Assembly (NCBI GenBank): GCA_963836075.1
Contig: CAWIIB010000009.1
Span: 2,400,001 to 2,464,000, forward strand
Reading direction: 5' to 3'
Source: an uncultured Acidobacteriota bacterium
Lineage (GTDB): Bacteria > Acidobacteriota > JAQAZP01
Length of the DNA: 64,000 nucleotides
Position 1 is the stretch's first letter; every line of letters starts with the position of its first letter. Position numbers and translations under genes: made by a program. This document shows, one piece after another, positions 47,768 to 55,541 of the stretch. The notes under the pieces were generated by a model that saw nothing but the letters and a program-made list of their open reading frames with translations, did not search any database and was not told the origin of the DNA.

Positions 47768-49549
47768 ATGAAAACGGGGACGGTGGGCGAGGTGCGTGAC
47801 AAGGAAGCGAAGCAGAAACCGACGCTGAAGACGGTGCGCTATGCCTTCCGCACCATCATCTGGCCCCGGCGCTGGCTGGTGCTTCTCGGCATCGGGCTGA
47901 TCCTCGTCAACCGTCTTTCCGGCCTCGTGCTTCCCGGGGCCAGCAAATACCTGGTGGACAACGTGATCGGCAACTCGGATCTGAAGCTGCTCAGGCTGCT
48001 CCTCGTCGCGGTGAGCGGCGCTATCCTGGTCCAGGCAGTCTCCTCCTACTTCCTCACCCGCCTGCTCAGCGTGGAAGCCCAGAATCTGATCTCCCAGCTG
48101 CGGGTCAAGGTCCAGCGGCAGGTCATCCACTTCCCGTTGCGCTATTTCGACAATCACAAGTCGGGTGAGCTGATCTCGCGGATCATGTCCGATGTGGAGG
48201 GGGTGCGTAACCTGGTGGGCACCGGACTGGTCCAGCTTTTCGGCGGCCTGCTCACCGCCGTAGTGGCCCTGGCCCTGCTGCTCAGGATCAATGCCACCAT
48301 GACCTTCTACGCCCTGGTGCCGATGGTGCTCTTCGGGGGGATCATGCTCAAGGCCTTCGGCTACATCCGGCCGATCTTCCGCCGCCGCCGGGTGATCAAC
48401 GCCGAGGTCACCGGCCGGCTCAACGAGTCGCTGGGCGGCATCCGGGTGATCAAGGGCTTCAACGCCGAGCCGCAGGAGATCCACACCTTCCAGCAGGGGG
48501 TGGACCGCCTGTTCCGCAACGTGAGGAAGTCGCTCACCGCCACCAGCCTGGTCTCCAGCTCGGCCACCCTGCTGCTGGGCATCTCCGGGGCGGCGATCAT
48601 GGGTCTGGGTGCGCTGATGATCATCCGTGGTCGGATGACCGTTGGCGACTTCTTCGCCTTCACCCTCTACCTCGGGTTTCTCATCTCACCGATCCTGCAG
48701 ATGAGCAACGTCGGCAGCCAGATCACCGACGCCTTCGCCGGTCTGGACCGCATGGAGGAGGTGCTCAACCTGCCCCGGGAGGCCGACGACCCGGCGCGCA
48801 CTCAGCGCCTGGACACGGTGGAGGGCCGCATCGTGTTCGAAAACGTCACCTTCTCCTACGAGGAGGGGAAGGTGGTCATCGACGACATCAGTTTTGTGGC
48901 TCCGGCCGGCTCGGTCACCGCCCTGGTGGGCAGCTCCGGTTCGGGCAAGACCACCATCGCCGGCCTGGCCGCCTCCTTCATCCAGCCCGACCGGGGGACG
49001 GTGCGGGTGGACGGCGCCGACCTGTCCACGGTGGTGCTCGACAGCTACCGCTCGCAGCTGGGGGTGGTGCTGCAGGACGATTTCCTCTTCGACGGCACGA
49101 TCCGCGACAATATCCTCTTCGCCGACCCCGGCGCCGACGAGCAGCGGGTGGCTGCGGCGGCTGCGGCGGCCCATGTCAGCGAGTTCACCGACCGTTTCGA
49201 AGAGGGATTGGAAACGGTGATCGGCGAGCGGGGGGTCAAGCTCTCCGGCGGCCAGCGCCAGCGGGTGGCCATTGCCCGGGCCCTGCTGGCCGATCCGCGA
49301 GTGCTGATCCTCGACGAGGCCACCTCGAGCCTCGACTCGGAGAGCGAGGTGCTGGTCCAGGACAGCTTCAAGCGGTTGCTGGCCGGCCGCACCACCTTTG
49401 TCATCGCCCACCGGCTGAGCACCATCCGCCGGGCCGACCAGATCCTGGTGGTGGAGAAGGGCAAGATCGCCGAGCGGGGAACCCACTCCGAGTTGGTGAA
49501 TGCCGGCGGCCGCTACCAGGAGTTGCACGAGTTCCAGGGCCGGATCTGA
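47768..49549 (+). CDS. ABC exporter, fused permease/ATP-binding protein
   Basis: Six-TM domain; Walker A GSSGSGKT, signature LSGGQ, Walker B LILDEAT, IAHRLST. Confidence 0.94.
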   Translation: MKTGTVGEVRDKEAKQKPTLKTVRYAFRTIIWPRRWLVLLGIGLILVNRLSGLVLPGASKYLVDNVIGNSDLKLLRLLLVAVSGAILVQAVSSYFLTRLLSVEAQNLISQLRVKVQRQVIHFPLRYFDNHKSGELISRIMSDVEGVRNLVGTGLVQLFGGLLTAVVALALLLRINATMTFYALVPMVLFGGIMLKAFGYIRPIFRRRRVINAEVTGRLNESLGGIRVIKGFNAEPQEIHTFQQGVDRLFRNVRKSLTATSLVSSSATLLLGISGAAIMGLGALMIIRGRMTVGDFFAFTLYLGFLISPILQMSNVGSQITDAFAGLDRMEEVLNLPREADDPARTQRLDTVEGRIVFENVTFSYEEGKVVIDDISFVAPAGSVTALVGSSGSGKTTIAGLAASFIQPDRGTVRVDGADLSTVVLDSYRSQLGVVLQDDFLFDGTIRDNILFADPGADEQRVAAAAAAAHVSEFTDRFEEGLETVIGERGVKLSGGQRQRVAIARALLADPRVLILDEATSSLDSESEVLVQDSFKRLLAGRTTFVIAHRLSTIRRADQILVVEKGKIAERGTHSELVNAGGRYQELHEFQGRI

Positions 49550-49667
49550 ATCCTCCCCTCCAACGGGGCAAGCTCCGATGAAATGAAGTATCCTATTGCA
49601 TGGCTCCGCGCACTATTGAACCTGAGTCATTTGAATCCTGCACTTTACAATCAAGGGAGAAAACATC

Positions 49668-50246
49668 ATGAAGAAACTGTTACTGCTGCTCTGCGTCGTT
49701 GCGCTCATTACGTCCTGCACAACGGTGAAAAAAATACATATCGACTATGCCCACGAGTACGATTTCATTCCGGTCAAGACCTTCCAGTATCTCGACACCG
49801 GGGAGAGCAACGCGCGGAACCCGTTGATGGCCAGCCGCATCACCAGCCTGATCAAGAAGGAGCTTCGCGAGGGAGGCCTCACCGAGGTGAACGAAAACCC
49901 CGACATCATCGTGACCTACCACGTCACCACCAGGGAAAACACCTCGTACAACACGACCTACATGGGCTATGGCGGTTTCGGACCGGGGTGGGGCGGCTAT
50001 GGCGGCTATGGCTACTACGGCGGTTATGGCGGGGGTGTGGGATCATCCATGACCTATGCCACGACCTACACCGAGGGCACCCTGATCCTTGACGCCTACG
50101 ACCCCGAGACCAAGAATGTCGTCTGGCGCGGGACCGGCACCGTGACGGTCGGCGACACTCCGCAGAAGCAGATCAAGCAGGTGGAAGCCATCCTGGCCAA
50201 GATTGGCGGGAAGTGGGACAGGATCCTGGCCGGCAAGGGCAAGTAG
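49668..50246 (+). CDS. DUF4136 domain lipoprotein
   Basis: Lipobox ITSC; Gly/Tyr-rich loop; YTEGTLILD..D......VWRG. Confidence 0.87.
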   Translation: MKKLLLLLCVVALITSCTTVKKIHIDYAHEYDFIPVKTFQYLDTGESNARNPLMASRITSLIKKELREGGLTEVNENPDIIVTYHVTTRENTSYNTTYMGYGGFGPGWGGYGGYGYYGGYGGGVGSSMTYATTYTEGTLILDAYDPETKNVVWRGTGTVTVGDTPQKQIKQVEAILAKIGGKWDRILAGKGK

Positions 50247-50385
50247 GCGGTGGCAAGGAACCTCTTTTTTCTGTAACTGCACCGGCGGAGCGCTCCGCGT
50301 GAACTACTCGCACCCTGTCCCGCCCTGCAACGGGTGAATGGCCGCGTCCGTTGTCTGCTTTTTGCCTCCGGGGCCCAACTCCCGC

Positions 50386-50427
50386 TTGACCCGGGCCGGA
50401 CGTTTCCCTAAGCTGAACGTTCGTTTA
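50386..50427 (+). promoter_or_regulatory. Sigma70-like promoter with adjacent palindromic operator
   Basis: TTGACC (50386-50391), 17-nt spacer, TAAGCT (50409-50414), followed by imperfect palindrome TGAACG-TT-CGTTTA. Confidence 0.5.
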
Positions 50428-50492
50428 CATACGCCGGGGACACTCTTTCCCGGTGCTTGACGGTCTCATACATGGTGGAAGGAGATATTGAC

Positions 50493-51479
50493 ATGGCCGA
50501 CCTGAGCACGACTTACATGGGCATCAAGCTGGCCAACCCGATTGTGGTTGGTGCCTGTTCCCTTTCCAAAAACGTTGACGCGATAAAAAAAGTCGAGGAG
50601 GCCGGGGCCGGTGCACTGGTGCTCAAGTCGCTTTTCGAGGAGCAAATCCAGATCGAGCGGCGGGCCTTTGACGACGAACTGGACCAGCACGGCGATATGT
50701 TCGCCGAAGCGGTGTCCCTCTTTCCAGCGGTGGAGCACGGCGGGCCGAAGGAATACCTCTACTGGCTCGAGAAGTCGCGCACGGCGGTGAAGATGCCGCT
50801 GATCGCCAGCCTCAACGCGGTGGAGCACCAGACCTGGGTGGAGTGGGCCAAACAGTTGGCCGATGCCGGAGCTGACGGCCTGGAACTCAATTTTTACTCT
50901 CCGCCGCTGGACACCGCGGTGACCGCCGCTGACATCGAGGCCAGCGAACTGGAGGTGCTCTCATCGGTGGTCGAGGCGGTAAAGATTCCGGTGGCGGTGA
51001 AACTTCACCCGCACTACACCAGCCTGATGAACGTGGCTTCCCGCTTTGCCGATGCCGGGGCCGGGGCCCTGGTCCTCTTCAACCGGCTGTTCGAGCCGGA
51101 CATCGACGTGGAGGCCGAAACCCAGAAAATCGCCCCCGGTCTGAGCCGTGCCGGTGACATCCTGCAATCGGTACGCTGGACCGCTCTGCTGGCCGGTCGT
51201 GTGGAGGCCGACATCATCGGTTCCGGCGGCGTGGGCAGCGGCCGGGACGCGGCCAAGCTGATCCTCGCCGGCGCCAATGCGATCCAGGTGGTGAGCACGC
51301 TCTACCGTCACGGTATGGACGGGCTGGGCGGAATCATCGGCGAGCTGGGCGCCTGGATGGACGAGCACGGACACGCCGACCTCCAGAGCTTCCGGGGCAA
51401 GCTGGCCCAGGAGCGTCTGACCGATCCCTGGCATTACACCCGCGGGCAGTATATCAAGGGCATTCTCGGTTTCGATTAA
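50493..51479 (+). CDS. Dihydroorotate dehydrogenase-like flavoprotein
   Basis: DLSTTYMGIKLANP, LKSLFEEQI, PLIASLN, LELNFY (no catalytic Cys), LVLFNR, ILAGANAIQVVS. Confidence 0.9.
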   Translation: MADLSTTYMGIKLANPIVVGACSLSKNVDAIKKVEEAGAGALVLKSLFEEQIQIERRAFDDELDQHGDMFAEAVSLFPAVEHGGPKEYLYWLEKSRTAVKMPLIASLNAVEHQTWVEWAKQLADAGADGLELNFYSPPLDTAVTAADIEASELEVLSSVVEAVKIPVAVKLHPHYTSLMNVASRFADAGAGALVLFNRLFEPDIDVEAETQKIAPGLSRAGDILQSVRWTALLAGRVEADIIGSGGVGSGRDAAKLILAGANAIQVVSTLYRHGMDGLGGIIGELGAWMDEHGHADLQSFRGKLAQERLTDPWHYTRGQYIKGILGFD

Positions 51480-51550
51480 TCCGGTCAGCAACCAGGTGGT
51501 GGTCCCGGCACAAGTGGTGCAGGGACCGCCCTGTACGGAGTGGACCGCAG

Positions 51551-52549
51551 ATGAAGAGCGCAACCGGCCGGGACAAAGTGGATGTGCTGGTGATCGGCGC
51601 CGGGCCCATCGGCCTGGCCTGCGGGGTGGAAGCCAGCCGGCGGGGGCTCAGCTGCCGTATCGTGGAGAAGGGCTGCCTGGTCAACTCGATCTACAACTAC
51701 CCGGCCAACATGACCTTCTTTTCCACGGCCGACCGGCTGGAGATCGGTGACGTGCCCTTCATCTCCCACGGGGACAAGCCCAACCGTCGCGAAGCTATGA
51801 ACTACTACCGCCGCGTCGCCCAGGCCTGGAAACTGGACGTGCGGACCTACGAGCGGGTGGAGGCATTGGCCGGGGAGGCCGGTGATTTTCACGTCACCAC
51901 CGATCGCGGAACCCACCATGCCCGCACCGTGGTGGCAGCCACCGGGTACTATGACACCCCGAAGCTGATGAACGTCCCTGGCGAGGAACAGCCCAAGGTC
52001 AAGCACTACTATGACGAGCCCCACCGCTACGCCTACCAGGATGTGGCGGTGATCGGCGGGGGCAACTCGGCGGTGGACGTGGCGCTGGAAACCTACCGCT
52101 GCGGCGCCCGGGTCACCCTGGTGGTGCATGAGCCGGGATTCAAGAAGGGGGTTAAATACTGGGTCCTGCCCGACATCGAGAACCGGATCAAGGAAGGGGA
52201 GATCGAGGCCCACTTCAGTTCCGGTGTGGAACGGGTGGGGGAGCGTGATATCACCCTGCGCACCCCCGATGGGCCGCTGACCCTGCCCAACGATTTCGTG
52301 CTGGCCATGACCGGCTACGTTCCCGACTACTCGCTGCTGGAAAAGCTGGGTGTGGCCGTGGGGGACGACCGGTTCCGCAGCCCCTCCTTTGACGGGGACA
52401 CCTTCGAATCCAACCGGCCCGGTCTCTTCCTCGCCGGTGTGGTCTGCGGCGGGATGGAGACCTCGAAGTGGTTCATCGAGAATTCCCGCGAACACCCCGG
52501 CCGGATCTTTGACCGTATCGGGGCCCACCACCTCAACGGGCGGAATTGA
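51551..52549 (+). CDS. ypdA: YpdA family putative bacillithiol disulfide reductase
   Basis: GAGPIGLACG, EKGCLVNSIYNYP.NMTFFST, VKHYYDEPH, VKYWVLPDIENRI, NDFVLAMTGY, WFIENSREH. Confidence 0.92.
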   Translation: MKSATGRDKVDVLVIGAGPIGLACGVEASRRGLSCRIVEKGCLVNSIYNYPANMTFFSTADRLEIGDVPFISHGDKPNRREAMNYYRRVAQAWKLDVRTYERVEALAGEAGDFHVTTDRGTHHARTVVAATGYYDTPKLMNVPGEEQPKVKHYYDEPHRYAYQDVAVIGGGNSAVDVALETYRCGARVTLVVHEPGFKKGVKYWVLPDIENRIKEGEIEAHFSSGVERVGERDITLRTPDGPLTLPNDFVLAMTGYVPDYSLLEKLGVAVGDDRFRSPSFDGDTFESNRPGLFLAGVVCGGMETSKWFIENSREHPGRIFDRIGAHHLNGRN

Positions 52550-52571
52550 CCCGGCTGTAAAGTATGTGATG

Positions 52572-52606
52572 AAAAAGGAAAACCCCTCCGAAAGGAGGGG
52601 TTTTTC
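52572..52606. terminator. Bidirectional Rho-independent terminator between convergent genes
   Basis: aaaacccctcc-gaaa-ggaggggtttt stem with GNRA loop and A/T tracts on both sides. Confidence 0.85.
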
Positions 52607-52625
52607 ATCTGTGGCGCCCTGGTGG

Positions 52626-54386
52626 TCAGGGGGCCGTGGCCGCGATGGTGCAGCTGTCGCTGGCCGCGGCGCCGGCCGGGGGATAGGGCGGCTGGTTGTA
52701 GGGCGCCGGGGTGACATCCATGCCGTGCAGGGTGAAGGTGCTGGTGCCCACCAGGCCGGGAACCGCCGGCAGCGACTGGTTCCAGCCGGTGACATAGCTG
52801 GCCCCGGGATCGATGTTGGTGTAGCCGGCGCGCCAGGAGCCGATGGACCCGCCGCCGGCCAGGTCGATGTTGATCCGCCCGGCGATGCGGCGGGCTAAAG
52901 CGGCCTGGGGGTTGTCCAGACGCACCGAAAAGGCGCTGGTGAAGGGCAGGGTGCCGCTGGCTGGCGTACAGCTGAGCTCCACCACCAGGTCCGATGGCAG
53001 CACGGTGAAACTGTAGAACCCGGCCGGGGCGGTGCGGGGCAGGGTCTCGCTGCGGCCCGAGTTGTCGGCGGCGGCGATGTAGTACTCCACGGTCATACCC
53101 GGCGCCTGGCCCGGGATGTCTGCCGCGTAGGTGTCTGTGTGGCCGGTGGGGGAGAGGGGTTCCCAACTCCAGGCCGGACTGCCGCCCAGGCGCCAGTACA
53201 CCCTCAGCTCGCTGACCACCAGACCGGTCTCGCTGCGGTCGTCGATCATGGCGGTCACCGTGTGGCCGGCGGCCGGGGGCATCTCGGCGTCCAGGCGGCG
53301 GTGGGTGATGCGCAGCATCTGCGGGTCGAAAACCGCACGGGTGCGGCAGTGCAGGGCGTCGTAGTAGTACCAGCTGCCCCAGGGAAAGCCGATTACCTCG
53401 TATCCGGGCATGGCCGCCTGGAAGGTGGCGATGGCCTGGGCGTCGCCGGGGATGTTGAACTGCGGCACCAGCACCTTTTTGTTGAGGATAAGCGAGTTGG
53501 TGTAGGCCGCGATCCGGCTGCCGCTGTAGGTCGGGCAGTCGATGCGCACGATGGTGTAGGGCCGGCCGTAGCAGTTTACCGCCGTGGCCAGCTGGGCCAG
53601 GTTGGCCTCGATCCGGCCGTACTCCTCGTGCCAGACGGGCGGCAGCTTGACCAGCAGGGTCTCCTCGTCCAGCGGTTTCATCCAGCAGTCGATGTGCTGG
53701 ATGCCGTTGTTCTCGGTACTGTCCACAACGTGGTAACTGGTGGTGCCCATCCAGTCGGCGGCCAGGGTGCGGAACTGGGCCTCGGTCCAGAGCTGGTTGT
53801 TTTCGCCCACCATGGCGCAGGTGGAGAACCCGCTGTTGTGGCCATCCACCAGAAAGTTGCCCCCGGTGAGGTAGGCCGGGAAATCGTGCAGCGGGGCGCC
53901 GAAGTACGCCGCCACATCGGTATTCACCCCATCATCGCCAACATACCCGCCGGGCGAACTGATCGGCACGCAGGCGTTGCTCACCCAGGGGTAGCCTTCG
54001 AAGATCGGATCGAGGATGCCCCAGTCGCCGTTGCCGTCGAATACCTGGTGCGGGCCCCAGTCCCGGGGCCAGTGAGAGCCGACGCTGGCCTGGATGTATT
54101 CCACCTGTGCCGGGTCAATGCCCCAGGAGTTGAAGGTGCTGCGGGCCGAGCTTTCGGCGCTACTGCCGTTGACCAGCACGTAGAGCTTGTCGTCCTCGGC
54201 CAGTTCCCTCACCAGGGCCTGGGGGATGCCCAGGGGCCAGCTGATCAGCGTGCCCAGGGCCGGTTCCCATTCGGCGATCACCCGCACCGGGGGTGTGGGT
54301 TGGGCGGCGGCCGGCAGGACGGTCAGCAGCAGGAGGGTGATGGTCAGCAGGGCGGCGGTGGATAGTGTTTTGAGCAGGCGGAACAT
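52626..54386 (-). CDS. Secreted agmatine/peptidylarginine deiminase (PPAD-like) with C-terminal PAPYNQPP domain
   Basis: GGAGGG RBS, ATG 54386, signal peptide ending PAAA-Q; AEWEP, WPRDWGP, TGGNF, HIDCW, YTNSLILN, DALHCRT; ends DVTPAPYNQPPYPPAGAAASDSCTIAATAP. Confidence 0.9.
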   Translation of the reverse strand: MFRLLKTLSTAALLTITLLLLTVLPAAAQPTPPVRVIAEWEPALGTLISWPLGIPQALVRELAEDDKLYVLVNGSSAESSARSTFNSWGIDPAQVEYIQASVGSHWPRDWGPHQVFDGNGDWGILDPIFEGYPWVSNACVPISSPGGYVGDDGVNTDVAAYFGAPLHDFPAYLTGGNFLVDGHNSGFSTCAMVGENNQLWTEAQFRTLAADWMGTTSYHVVDSTENNGIQHIDCWMKPLDEETLLVKLPPVWHEEYGRIEANLAQLATAVNCYGRPYTIVRIDCPTYSGSRIAAYTNSLILNKKVLVPQFNIPGDAQAIATFQAAMPGYEVIGFPWGSWYYYDALHCRTRAVFDPQMLRITHRRLDAEMPPAAGHTVTAMIDDRSETGLVVSELRVYWRLGGSPAWSWEPLSPTGHTDTYAADIPGQAPGMTVEYYIAAADNSGRSETLPRTAPAGFYSFTVLPSDLVVELSCTPASGTLPFTSAFSVRLDNPQAALARRIAGRINIDLAGGGSIGSWRAGYTNIDPGASYVTGWNQSLPAVPGLVGTSTFTLHGMDVTPAPYNQPPYPPAGAAASDSCTIAATAP

Positions 54387-54480
54387 CTGGCCCTCCAGTG
54401 TAATAGTGGGAACCGGTTCGGTGCAGATCCGGCAGGCGGTCTTCCAGAAATATACGGTCTGGCAGGCCATAGTGCAACAC

Positions 54481-54585
54481 AGTGATAAATGTAAATTATG
54501 TAAAGTATCAATTATTCAATGTAAAACATAAAATAATCATTGTTTTGCATAAAACATTTTCACTATACTATCCGTATATAAACTT
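54481..54585. promoter_or_regulatory. AT-rich divergent promoter region with repeated ATGTAAA motifs and inverted repeats
   Basis: ATGTAAA at 54489, 54498 and 54519; atgtaaaaca/tgttttgcat inverted repeat; TGTTTT-N4-AAAACA at 54541-54556. Confidence 0.5.
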
Positions 54586-54622
54586 GAACGCATGATGTGG
54601 AACCTGAGACAGGAGAACGGCG

Positions 54623-54835
54623 ATGGCCATCGAGGTAAGACTGGACATGATGCTGGTCAAGCGAAAGATGTCGCTCACCGAGCTGTCGGAAAGGATCGGC
54701 ATCTCGGTGACCAACCTCTCCCTGCTCAAGACCGGCAAGGTCAAAGGGATCCGCTTCGGCACCCTGGACTCGATCTGCCGGGAGCTGGAATGCACGCCCG
54801 GTGACGTGCTGGAACATATCCCCGATTACGTGTGA
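54623..54835 (+). CDS. XRE/Cro-C1 (YozG-like) helix-turn-helix regulator
   Basis: IEVRLDMMLVKRKMSLTELSERIGISVTNLSLLKTGKVKGIRFGTL..IC..LECTPGD; AGGAG RBS. Confidence 0.92.
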   Translation: MAIEVRLDMMLVKRKMSLTELSERIGISVTNLSLLKTGKVKGIRFGTLDSICRELECTPGDVLEHIPDYV

Positions 54836-54897
54836 GGGGGTTGGTGGAGGTCAGGACGATGAATAGAATAGATGGAATGGTGATGGAGGGCCGGCCG

Positions 54898-55509
54898 ATG
54901 AACAGGACCGAAGACAACCCCTACATGATGGCCGGCTGGCTGGCCATCGCTTCGGCGGCACTGCTCCTGCCGGCCATGGTGCTCAGCATTTTCATCGACA
55001 TCATTTTTCAAAAGAGCCACACGCTGCCGGTGGGGCTGGCCATGGTCTACTTTCTTGCTGCCGTGGCCCAGGCGCTCTGCTCGCTCTACGCGCTCTACCG
55101 CTTCCGCGACTACATCAACGAGCACTTCGATTTCCACGAGACCGACGGCCTGATCACCTGTATCCTCATCGGCGCCATGGCCGTCACATCGGTGGCCCTG
55201 GTGGGCAAGGTGGTGGCCTGGTCCGGGGCGGGACTGCCGGTGGTGATCGCCTTTCTGGGGATGCTGCTGCTGGTGGGCATCCCGCTGAGCATCGTCTCGA
55301 TCATCTTCGCCATAAAGCTGCTGCAGCTGCCCTCGGACCTGGGCGGTCTGCTCAAGCCGATGATCGTGATCAACATCATCGCCTGTGTCTGCTTTCTGCT
55401 GGTGATTCTCGCTCCCTTCGGCCTGCTGCTGGCCGCGGGTGGTGATCTGCTGCTGGGGCTGATCTTTCTGCGCCAGGCCGGGATCAACGACAAGCCGGAG
55501 TTCATCTGA
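54898..55509 (+). CDS. Hypothetical membrane protein (about 6 TM helices)
   Basis: Hydrophobic ORF after the XRE gene; start uncertain (54832, 54859 or 54898). Confidence 0.72.
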   Translation: MNRTEDNPYMMAGWLAIASAALLLPAMVLSIFIDIIFQKSHTLPVGLAMVYFLAAVAQALCSLYALYRFRDYINEHFDFHETDGLITCILIGAMAVTSVALVGKVVAWSGAGLPVVIAFLGMLLLVGIPLSIVSIIFAIKLLQLPSDLGGLLKPMIVINIIACVCFLLVILAPFGLLLAAGGDLLLGLIFLRQAGINDKPEFI

Positions 55510-55541
55510 CATGGCTCGAGGGCAAGGTGCAGGCCGAGGTC

